The notes below the pieces were generated by a model, which saw only the letters and a list, made by a program, of their open reading frames with translations, did not search any database and was not told the DNA's origin. The translations under genes and the position numbers were made by a program. From an uncultured delta proteobacterium (lineage in GTDB: Bacteria; Myxococcota_A; UBA9160; UBA4427): DNA of 64,000 nucleotides. This document shows, one piece after another, positions 1 to 8,393 of this stretch (position 1 is the first letter of the stretch; each line of letters opens with the position of its first letter). The DNA lies in NCBI GenBank assembly GCA_963822965.1, contig CAWGJT010000005.1:1952001-2016000 (forward strand). The letters run 5' to 3'.

Positions 1-903
1 GAGCGTGGTGAGATGGGTGTCCCAGTCGCCCAGGGTGGCACGATGTCCCTGGAAGCCGTGGGCGAGGAAGTGCCGGAAGGTCATCGGCGCGGCCGGCAGA
101 TAGTGCTTGTCTCGCACGACGAAGAACATCGGGACGTCGAGCGCCCACTCCGCGTAGTCGCGGTAGCCGAACCCGCTCTCGAACACGAAGGGCAACGTGC
201 CGCAGCGGTCGGGATCCATGTGACGCCAGATCTCGACCCGGCGGGTGATGAAGCCGCTCTCGCGGCCGGCGTGGAGGGGCGAGTTGGCGAAGATCGCCGA
301 CACCACGGGGGAGCAGCCCATCCCGGTGCGCAGCTTCGACGCCATGTCGCTCTCGCTCGCGTAGTCGAAGTTGGCCTGCACGGTGGCCGTCGCGTGCATC
401 ATCTCCATGGCGAGCTCGCCGCGGGTCGGCAGGTAGTCCCGCATGATGTCGTAGCGGGCCTTCGGCATGTGGGGGATCTCGGAGACGGGATGAAGCGGGT
501 CGGCGCCGAGGGCCAGCCACACGATGCCCAGCTCGTCCCCCACCTCCTTCACGAGATCCACGTGCCGGCTGAACTCCCGGCAGGTCTCGCGGATCGACGC
601 CAGCGGCGCGCCGGACAGCTCGATCTGCCCCCCCGGCTCGAGGGTGATCGAGGCGGCGTCCTTCTCGAGAGCGATCAGCTTCTCGCGCTCGTAGATCCGA
701 CTCCATCCGTCCCGCAGGGCGATGCGCTCGAGCAGCGCGGCGATGCCGCGCTCTCCGCCGTAGGGAACCCGCTCACGGGTGTCGGCGAAGATCCCGATCT
801 TCTCATGCTCCGTACCCACCCGGAACGCTTCGACCGGCTTCTCGCTCTGCCGGAAGTAGTCCAGCAGGTCGTCGACGGTTGCGACCGTCTGCTCTCCGTT
901 CAT
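1..903 (-). CDS. gshA: glutamate--cysteine ligase (runs off left edge)
   Basis: Not in the ORF track. Manual translation from ATG at 903 gives MNGEQTVATVDDLLDYFRQSEK..FRVGTEHEK..ITLEPGGQIELSGAP..MPKARYDIMRDY..TATVQANFDY..SAIFANSP, which are plant/alphaproteobacterial-type GCL motifs. Confidence 0.9.
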   Translation of the reverse strand, partial: MNGEQTVATVDDLLDYFRQSEKPVEAFRVGTEHEKIGIFADTRERVPYGGERGIAALLERIALRDGWSRIYEREKLIALEKDAASITLEPGGQIELSGAPLASIRETCREFSRHVDLVKEVGDELGIVWLALGADPLHPVSEIPHMPKARYDIMRDYLPTRGELAMEMMHATATVQANFDYASESDMASKLRTGMGCSPVVSAIFANSPLHAGRESGFITRRVEIWRHMDPDRCGTLPFVFESGFGYRDYAEWALDVPMFFVVRDKHYLPAAPMTFRHFLAHGFQGHRATLGDWDTHLTTL

Positions 904-1535
904 CCGCGGGACTCCGGGTCGTACAGCGCCGGGTGCAGGAAGCGCACCAGCGCACATAGTACGGCCTGCCGTGCGTAGTCGCTGCGCGGCAGGACGCCGA
1001 GGCTCAGCTTGCCGATGTTGCCCACCCCCCGCGCCGAGGGAAGCGCTCCGGCCGGGCCGGCCGCGCCGCCCCGGTAGGCGGCGAAGACCCGGTCGAAGAC
1101 CTCACCGATGGGCTCGCGCCGGTCGAGCGCCGGGGCGACGCACTGCGGCGGGTAGGCGAAGCCGGCCGACAGGCCGAGGGCCTCCCGGTGGCCGTCGGTG
1201 ACGAACGCGCAGCCGACGTTCAGCACCTCGCCGGGACCGGACGCCAGGGGAAGCTCCACGAGGCCGTCCTCGATCCCCAGCGCCAGCTCGCAGGCGCCGG
1301 CCTCCCGGGCGCGCCGGGCGCGGTTGCGGGCGCCGGACACGATCTCGTCGTAGCCCACGGGCTGCTCGGACACCCCGCTCTCGACCTGCGCGCCCGCGAC
1401 CTCCACCCGGGGCGCATAGGGGGCGAGCGCGGCGCGGACCGCCTCGAGCTTGGGCTCGTTCAACGTGCCGACCCGCACGGTGCGCAGGTGCAGCAGGGGA
1501 GACCACTCGGCGGCGGCCGCGGCGTCCGCCCTCAC
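900..1535 (-). CDS. yjjX: non-canonical inosine/xanthosine triphosphatase (YjjX/DUF84 family)
   Basis: VGTLNEPKLEAV, SGVSEQP, GARNRA, GIEDG motifs. GTG start overlaps the upstream stop (GTGA), and the stop overlaps the gshA start. Confidence 0.85.
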   Translation of the reverse strand: MRADAAAAAEWSPLLHLRTVRVGTLNEPKLEAVRAALAPYAPRVEVAGAQVESGVSEQPVGYDEIVSGARNRARRAREAGACELALGIEDGLVELPLASGPGEVLNVGCAFVTDGHREALGLSAGFAYPPQCVAPALDRREPIGEVFDRVFAAYRGGAAGPAGALPSARGVGNIGKLSLGVLPRSDYARQAVLCALVRFLHPALYDPESRG

Positions 1536-1954
1536 GGCGTCGCAGCGTCCTCGACGAAGGAGCAGACGAAGCTCTCGAGCGCGGCGTCGAACTCGACGCT
1601 GGGGGTCAGGGGAAAGCTCCGGCACGGGCCCTCGGGCTTGCCCGCCCGGAAGGGACCGACCAGGGTCACCTCGCCCCGGCTCTTCACGGTCACGATGGCT
1701 CGATGGCGCCCTCGGCCGAGCTCGAACTCGCAGGAACGCACGTGCTTGTCGTCGACCCGCACCGGCGACACCCGAAGCTCGAGATGGGGTGCGCCCGCCT
1801 TGCGGGCCGCCGCGTGGAAGCGGGTGACGGCGTCGGCCACCCGGGTGCGCAGCTCCTCGGCCCGAGCGCGGGCCTGCCCGATTCCCTCGCCGTGGGCGGC
1901 CTCCCGCTCTCCCAGCTCGCGACCCAGCTCCTCGAGACGCTCTCCCAGACCCAT
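1532..1954 (-). CDS. hypothetical protein
   Basis: Protein-like composition from ATG 1954 (MGLGERLEELG...). Translationally coupled to yjjX. Confidence 0.7.
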   Translation of the reverse strand: MGLGERLEELGRELGEREAAHGEGIGQARARAEELRTRVADAVTRFHAAARKAGAPHLELRVSPVRVDDKHVRSCEFELGRGRHRAIVTVKSRGEVTLVGPFRAGKPEGPCRSFPLTPSVEFDAALESFVCSFVEDAATP

Positions 1955-2126
1955 GGACCTCCTCGATCCCCGACCGTCGGACGCAAGCGCGAGCGTGGCG
2001 CCTTGGATGCCCGGCCTCCCGGGAGGGATTCCGGGGAGCCGGCCGGCACCGGTGCGGGACGGGCTCACGGTGGCCAGCGCCCTCGCGCAGGCGCGCGGAG
2101 CCGGGCGAGCCGCCCGGCGGCTTCGG

Positions 2127-3563
2127 TCAGAGGGCCTCGTCCGAGGCGGCGACCCGCCGGATGTCGAGGTCTGCCAGCAGCTGGTCCCGGGCGCTCGCGA
2201 ACTCGGGCGAGTGATCGAGGTCCACGGGGTTGCCGGCCGGGGCGCGAATCGACAGCGGGTTCACGTAGCGACCGTTCTTGGTGACCCGGAAGCAGACGTG
2301 GGGCCCCGTGGCGAGCCCGGTGTGGCCCACGTAGCCGATCACCTCCTTCTGATGCACCCGCTGGCCGACATGCAGGCCGTTCGCAAAGCGGGAGAGGTGG
2401 GCATAGTGGGACACGTAGCCGTTGGAGTGGCGGATCTTGATGAGATTGCCCGAGTCGCCCGCCCATCCCCGGAAGATCACGGTCCCGTCCGCCACCGACC
2501 AGAGCTGGGTGCCCTCGGCGGCCGCGTAGTCGACGCCCGGGTGCCGGCGCGTGATGTTCAGGATCGGGTGGCGGCGGGCGTTCGAAAACCCCGAGGAGAT
2601 GCGGCTGTAGCGGAGGGGTGCCACCAGGAAGGCGCGTTCGACGCTCGTGCCGTCCGGATGGAAGTAGCTGCCCCGACCCTTCTCGGTCTCGAAGTAGACC
2701 GCCGTGTAGTCGCCCACCGCACCGTCGTAGCGCGCGGCCAGGATGCGGCCGGGCCGGATGTAGACGTCTCGTCCGTCGTCGTCGGTGAGATAGAGCCGCT
2801 CGTAGAGGACCCGGAACGAGTCTCCGGACTTGACGTTGCGCGTGAAGTCGATGTCCCAGGCGAAGATCTCGGAGAAGTCGTCGGCGAGCTGCGGGTCCTC
2901 GCCGAGCGCCCGGACCGCGTCGTAGACCGAGGTGTCGACCAGCCCCGCCAGGGTGACGACGCGGGCCTGTAGCTTGGCGCGGTCCTTCCTCACCACGTAG
3001 CTCTCGCCGTCCCAGAAGAGATAGATGCTCTCCTCGAGGCTCGTCGAGTACCGGAAGTCCACCAGGTTGCCCTCGGCATCGAGCGCGAGGCGGTAGCGGT
3101 GGCCGGGGCGCGAGTGGCGGAAGTCGAAGAGCGGGCGGACCTCCTGGGAGATCAGGTGCACGACGGCATGCGAGATGCCCCGCTTGGCGAGCTCTCCGCC
3201 CAGCGACTGGCCCTCCTCGAGGGTGCCCTTCGTGACGACGATGAGCGAGGAGCTCCCCGGCTCGTCCACCTGCCCGAAGCCGGGCGCCGAGACGTGCGGC
3301 AGCTCGGCTTCTCGATCCCGGTCGGTGTAGGCCTCGGCGTCGGCGTGCAGGGGAAGCTCGTCGATCGAGATCGGCTCGAAGGCCGCCACCACCTTGCCGC
3401 GCTCGCTGCCGTCGCCCTGGGAGGCCCCGACACCGGAGACGAACGCCAGCGCGAACAGCACCGAGAGCACCACCCAGCGACGGGACACCGCCCTTGCGGG
3501 CGCTGCACCGTCCACCGGGTCGACTCCGGCTTCGGGCGCTTCCTGGCTGTGCGGCTCGAACAT
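2127..3563 (-). CDS. M23 family peptidoglycan DD-endopeptidase (MepM-like)
   Basis: N-terminal TM segment; HPGVDYAA, YAHLS and TGPHVCF zinc motifs. Confidence 0.9.
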   Translation of the reverse strand: MFEPHSQEAPEAGVDPVDGAAPARAVSRRWVVLSVLFALAFVSGVGASQGDGSERGKVVAAFEPISIDELPLHADAEAYTDRDREAELPHVSAPGFGQVDEPGSSSLIVVTKGTLEEGQSLGGELAKRGISHAVVHLISQEVRPLFDFRHSRPGHRYRLALDAEGNLVDFRYSTSLEESIYLFWDGESYVVRKDRAKLQARVVTLAGLVDTSVYDAVRALGEDPQLADDFSEIFAWDIDFTRNVKSGDSFRVLYERLYLTDDDGRDVYIRPGRILAARYDGAVGDYTAVYFETEKGRGSYFHPDGTSVERAFLVAPLRYSRISSGFSNARRHPILNITRRHPGVDYAAAEGTQLWSVADGTVIFRGWAGDSGNLIKIRHSNGYVSHYAHLSRFANGLHVGQRVHQKEVIGYVGHTGLATGPHVCFRVTKNGRYVNPLSIRAPAGNPVDLDHSPEFASARDQLLADLDIRRVAASDEAL

Positions 3564-3650
3564 CCGGCCCCTCCGGTCGGGATACGCGCGGCGTTATAGT
3601 TAGCCACCCCTACGCGGGAGCGCACGGCAGAAAGCTCCAGGAAAGAGGAC

Positions 3651-5315
3651 TTGCAGCGGATTCCCATCACCCGGCGCGAAGGCGCGTGCGGCCACCCGAA
3701 CGGGATCGGCGCGCGGCTCGCGCCCGTCTCGGGAAGGGCCCCTGGGGCACCCGGCCCCTTCGAGAGCCTCGCCCGCCGCCGGCGAACCCGTCCCGTCTGC
3801 ACATTTGCGCGGGTCTTTACCCTCGTCGTCTGTGTCGGTGTCGTCACCCTCGGGCCCGGACGCGCGCACGCGATCTGGCCGTTCGACCGCAGCGAGAAGC
3901 CCCTCGACGAGCGAGCTGCGGCGATCCTGTCCCGCGCGATCCGCATTCCCAGCACGAATCCGCCGGGCGGAGAGGCCGCCCTGGCCCGGTATCTCGTCGA
4001 CCTCGCCGAGGACGCCGGCCTGGAGGCCCGGATGGTCCGGACCCCCCGCAGCGCGGGGGCGACGAGCGAAGCGGAGATCGAGGCGAGCGATCGCGCGGCC
4101 GGCTGGGCCCGTCTTCGCGGCACGGGAGAGGCGCGCCCCATCGTGCTGCTGTCGCACCTGGACGTCGTGCCCGCCGAGCCCGCGGAGTGGAGCACGCCGC
4201 CCTTCGAGGGACGCATCGTCGGCGGACGCGTGATCGGTCGCGGCGCGCTCGACGCCAAGGGCGTCGCGGTCGTCCAGCTGTTGGCGCTGATGGAGCTCGC
4301 AAAGCGCGACGAGCCCCTGCGCCGCGACGTCATCTGGCTCGCGACCCCCGACGAGGAGAGCGGCGGCCTGCTGGGGGCGGGCTATCTGGTGGACGCGCAC
4401 CGGGAGCTGCTCGGCGACGCGGAGCTGCTCCTCACCGAGGGCGGCAACGTTCGGACCGGCACGCCCGGCTCGCCCGACGTCTGGGGTGTTTCCGTCACCG
4501 AGAAGAGCCCGTGCTGGCTCGAGCTGACCGCGCGCGGTGAGCCGGGCCACAGCTCTACACCCCCGCCCAACCCGGCCGTATCGCGCCTCATCGGCGCCCT
4601 CGACAGCGTGCGCCGCATCGAGACGCCCATCCGCGTGCTGCCCGAGGTGCAGCGGATGTACGCAGCGATGGCGCCGTTGGCCGAGCCCGAGGATCGCGCC
4701 GGCTACCGCGACCTGCGACGCGCGCTGGCCGAAGACGCGCGCTTCCGGCGACGCTTCCTGGACAACCCGGGCCGCAACGCCCTGGTTCGCGACACCATCT
4801 CGATTACCGTGCTGGTGGGCGCGCCGAGCACCAACGTCACGCCCGCGCAGGCCCGCGCCCACCTCGACGCCCGACTGCTGCCCGGCGAGAGCTGCGCGGA
4901 CTTCAGCCAGGCCATCGCGAACGTCGTCGCGAACTCGGCGGTCCAGGTCGAGACGCTGCTCTCGTTCGACTCGCGGAGCTCGCCGATCGATACGGAGCTG
5001 TTCCGGGCCATCGAGCGGGTCGCCACACGCGAGGACCCCGGCGCGCTGGTGGTCCCGCGCGTCATCGCCGGCTTCACCGACGCCCACTTCTTCCGCGACC
5101 TCGGCATCGTCGCCTACGGCTTCGTACCCCGTTGGCTGTCCGCCGACGACACCCGCGGAATCCACGGCCCCGACGAGAGCGTGACGATCGAGAACCTGGC
5201 GCGGGGTACCCGGACGCTCGTGGCTGTCGTCGAGGAGCTGGCGGCGCCCGTTGATGAGCTGGCGGCGCCCGTTGATGAGCTGGCGGCGCCCGTTGATGAG
5301 CTGGCGGCGCCCTGA
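3651..5315 (+). CDS. M20/M25/M40 family metallopeptidase, exported (true start probably downstream, near 3804)
   Basis: LLSHLDVVP, GRGALDAKG, PDEESGG, GHSS, GFTDAH, IHGPDE motifs. Confidence 0.85.
   Translation: MQRIPITRREGACGHPNGIGARLAPVSGRAPGAPGPFESLARRRRTRPVCTFARVFTLVVCVGVVTLGPGRAHAIWPFDRSEKPLDERAAAILSRAIRIPSTNPPGGEAALARYLVDLAEDAGLEARMVRTPRSAGATSEAEIEASDRAAGWARLRGTGEARPIVLLSHLDVVPAEPAEWSTPPFEGRIVGGRVIGRGALDAKGVAVVQLLALMELAKRDEPLRRDVIWLATPDEESGGLLGAGYLVDAHRELLGDAELLLTEGGNVRTGTPGSPDVWGVSVTEKSPCWLELTARGEPGHSSTPPPNPAVSRLIGALDSVRRIETPIRVLPEVQRMYAAMAPLAEPEDRAGYRDLRRALAEDARFRRRFLDNPGRNALVRDTISITVLVGAPSTNVTPAQARAHLDARLLPGESCADFSQAIANVVANSAVQVETLLSFDSRSSPIDTELFRAIERVATREDPGALVVPRVIAGFTDAHFFRDLGIVAYGFVPRWLSADDTRGIHGPDESVTIENLARGTRTLVAVVEELAAPVDELAAPVDELAAPVDELAAP
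5235..5312 (+). repeat. 21-bp tandem repeat GAGCTGGCGGCGCCCGTTGAT, about 3.7 copies, encoding (ELAAPVD)n at the C-terminus
   Basis: Directly visible; ends at the TGA stop 5313-5315. Confidence 0.95.
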
Positions 5316-5342
5316 GGCGAGCGCGCGGACGGCGAGTGCCGG

Positions 5343-6674
5343 CTACTCCTCGCGGAGCTTCTGGATCGCCTCGTGGAGCGTCTCGAACAGCGGCTCCACG
5401 TCCTCCACCTCCAGGCACGAGAACGCGATCCGGATGTCCGTGGGGCTCGTCGCGATGAGGCCGGTGCCGTAGTGCTCGAGCAGGTGCACCCGCAGCTTCT
5501 CGGCGTCGACCCCGGTCACCCGCACCAGCATGAAGTAGCCGCTGTTGAACGGATACACCTGCCAGCTCTCCGCGAAGCGCGGAGCGTTCGCCACCTCGAA
5601 CACCTTCGCCGCACGCCGCCGCAGGATCTCGCACTTCTCCTTGCGCTCGGCGTCGATCGTCGGCGAGCCGAGGGCCTTCTCGACCAGGGTCTGTGAGAGC
5701 TGCGGGACGTTCGAGATGTTGGCGCGGATGGCGCCGCGGGTCTTGGCGTCCAGCACGTCGCAGGCGGTCTGGGCGCCCTCGCGGCGTCCGGGCCCGAAGG
5801 TCACGAAGCCGCAGCGCAGGCCCCACACGAAGAGCTCCTTGGTGGCGCCGTCGAGCTTCACCGCCAGCAGGTTGGGGTGGCGGTTCGCGAGCAGGCCGAA
5901 GAGCGACTCGGTCATCGATTCGCCGCCCAGGTGATAGAAGAGACCGAAGTAGGCGTCGTCGGTCACCGCCACGATCTTCGTGCCCGCGGCGGCCTGGGCG
6001 ACGAGGGCCTCGCTGATCGCGCGACCCTCCTCCGGCGTCGGCATGTAGCCGGTCGGGTTGTTCGGGAAGTTGAGCAGCACGACGAGCTTCTCGCGCCCGG
6101 CCGCATGGCGGGCCAGCTCCTGGCGGAACCCCTCGACGTTGAACCCGCTGCCCGCGTAGAACGGGAAGGTGGCCACCTCGGCACCGAGCTGGACCTCGAA
6201 GCGGAGCCGGTAGTTGCCCCACAGCTTGTCGGGCAGGAGCAGCAGGTCGCCGGGGTCGACGAAGAGATCGCCCACCAGCGAGAGGCCATGGGTGATGGCG
6301 TTCGTCGTGATGGGCAGGCCGAACACCTTGTCCTCGAGGCTCGGGTTCTCGGCCAACAGCTTCGCGCGCCAGCGCGCGCGCAGGCCCGGACGACCGGCGG
6401 GCGGCGCGTAGTTGAAGACGTCCTTCGGATCGAGGCCGACGATGTGCTGCTGGATGGACTGCAGGTACATCGGTCCGGCGCCTTCCGTGGCGATACCGAT
6501 GGTGGCATTGAACCGGTGCGCCTTCTCCTTGGCTTCGGCGCTCTGGGACAGGATGCCCTTCGGAAAGTAGGCGCGTCGCCCGAACGCGGAGAGCATCGCC
6601 AGGATCTCGGGCGCGGCGCTCTCGAGCTGCTCGTTGAGCTGGGCGGCAAGGGGATTCAGGGCCGGCTCGGCCAT
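5343..6674 (-). CDS. PLP-dependent class I/II aminotransferase
   Basis: NATIG, NFPNNPTGY, TDDAY, GATKE (PLP lysine), WGLRCGF motifs. Confidence 0.9.
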   Translation of the reverse strand: MAEPALNPLAAQLNEQLESAAPEILAMLSAFGRRAYFPKGILSQSAEAKEKAHRFNATIGIATEGAGPMYLQSIQQHIVGLDPKDVFNYAPPAGRPGLRARWRAKLLAENPSLEDKVFGLPITTNAITHGLSLVGDLFVDPGDLLLLPDKLWGNYRLRFEVQLGAEVATFPFYAGSGFNVEGFRQELARHAAGREKLVVLLNFPNNPTGYMPTPEEGRAISEALVAQAAAGTKIVAVTDDAYFGLFYHLGGESMTESLFGLLANRHPNLLAVKLDGATKELFVWGLRCGFVTFGPGRREGAQTACDVLDAKTRGAIRANISNVPQLSQTLVEKALGSPTIDAERKEKCEILRRRAAKVFEVANAPRFAESWQVYPFNSGYFMLVRVTGVDAEKLRVHLLEHYGTGLIATSPTDIRIAFSCLEVEDVEPLFETLHEAIQKLREE

Positions 6675-6755
6675 GCTGCGGTTCCTCTTTGGACCCCGGC
6701 TCCGGGACCCTGCGAGCGGGAAGGTCGGCCGGGCGGCTCCGACCGGGCGTGGAGG

Positions 6756-7280
6756 TTACAGACGCTTGTGGAGCACGTCCATGAAGTCGCCGAATCCGAG
6801 CGCGCGCCAGAAGCCCTGCCCCTCGGCGTTGCCGTGCGCGACCTGCACCTCGACCCGCTCCACGCCGCTCGCGGCCACCCATCGCAGGGCCTCCCGAACG
6901 AGCAGCCGACCGATGCCCCGCCGCCGCAGGCTCTCCCGGACGCCCACGTCGGTGATCTCCGCGCGCTCCACCTCCTGCAGGATGGGCGGGGCGTGGTCGA
7001 TGCGGACGATGCACATGCCCTGGAGGTCGCCGTCCACGTCGTAGACCAGGATCTCGGCGTCCCGGTCGCGCAGCAGGGCCGAGAGCAGCTCCCGCAGCTC
7101 GCCGGCGGCGTCGGGACGCATGGTGAACAGCGGGTCGAGGTGGGCGTGATGGTGCGTGATCGCGCTCCACAACGCGGCGACCCGATCGAGGTCCTGCATG
7201 CGGGCAGGACGGACCACCCCGGCACGGGGCTCCCCCGAGCCGGCGGCGCGCTCCCCCGGAATGGCTTCGGGATTCCTCAC
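6756..7280 (-). CDS. GNAT family N-acetyltransferase
   Basis: V..SLRRRGIGRLL acetyl-CoA motif; N..GQGFWRALGF. Confidence 0.88.
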   Translation of the reverse strand: MRNPEAIPGERAAGSGEPRAGVVRPARMQDLDRVAALWSAITHHHAHLDPLFTMRPDAAGELRELLSALLRDRDAEILVYDVDGDLQGMCIVRIDHAPPILQEVERAEITDVGVRESLRRRGIGRLLVREALRWVAASGVERVEVQVAHGNAEGQGFWRALGFGDFMDVLHKRL

Positions 7281-7327
7281 GAGCTGCTCATGCCCTCCGC
7301 CTTCGATCCCGGCCTGCGGCCCGGCTG

Positions 7328-8090
7328 CTATTCCGGATGCCGTTCCGACTCCCGAGCGGGCCCCGGGGCCTTCGCGCCGCCGATCACGTCCACCTCACCG
7401 GCGCGGCGCAGCACGAAGGTGCCGTGCCGGGTCCCATCCCGCACGAACGAGCCGCGCACCTCCCGCCCGTCGGCGCTCACGCTCTCGGCCACGTAGCGGG
7501 TGCGACCCTCGACGTTCTCCGTCCCCGCCGAGCCCATCGAGACCGCCTGGGTGAAGACCGGGCGGGCCGGCAGGCCCTCGACGCTCCACGACTCGCTGTA
7601 GCCGATCACGCCGATCGACTCGGACTGGAGCCCCCCGGCGGAGCGGTAGCCCGAGCGCGCCGTGCCGCGCAGCCCCTTCGAACGCGAGCCGCGCGCGTCC
7701 ACCTGAAGGCCCTTCTCGATCTCCGCGCGCTGTGCCTCGTTCGGCTCCCAGGCGTGCAGGGTGCGCGCCGGCCGGCCGTCGCCGGTGGTCTCGAAGCGTC
7801 CGGTCTCGTCCCGGAAGACGACGGTCGGGAACACCGTCCACTGCAGCCGGCTTCCCCGCCGCTCGAAGTGCCAGACACAGTCTTCCCAGCGACTCACATC
7901 CGGGTCGCCGCTCGCCTCGTCGCGATAGTGGATGGTGACGTGCCACCAGCCCCCGAGCTCCACGACTCCGTCCGCCGCGGACGCGCGGACCGGCAGGCAG
8001 GCCGCAGCACCGGCGCAGAGCCAGACGAGCCAGGCTCCCGCCGCAACGCCGATCGTGCTTCTTCTTTTTCCAGCCGGACGACTCGTCCGC
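7328..8090 (-). CDS. hypothetical exported protein (start uncertain)
   Basis: Signal-peptide-like stretch (KRRSTIGVAAGAWLVWLC..ASA) followed by a beta-rich domain. No clear ATG nearby. Confidence 0.6.
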
Positions 8091-8320
8091 GCTTCGCCGT
8101 GAGAGAATGAGACGCAGTTTGGCGTAGGCGTCACCGCGGAGATCGGCGACCGGGCGCGGCGCTTGCGCAAGAGACGGAAAGACTTTTCCCCATTTGTGAT
8201 GAGCGCCACTCCCGCAGGTCGTGCAAGCTCCGCGCCGGCGACCCTTCTCGTACCGGGGGATCCGACCCGAGACCGGTCGCTTGCGGAGCCCGCTGCGCAG
8301 CCACGAGAACGCACTGCGCT

Positions 8321-8335
8321 TGGCATATTGCTTGC
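8321..8335 (+). promoter_or_regulatory. sigma-54 -24/-12 promoter
   Basis: TGGCAT-ATTGC-TTGC matches TGGCAC-N5-TTGC, about 60 nt upstream of the ATG at 8394. Confidence 0.75.
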
Positions 8336-8393
8336 CCCGGTGCGCTCGGGGATCTGCGCTCCATTCGCGCCGATTTCCCGACCCCGAAACGCC

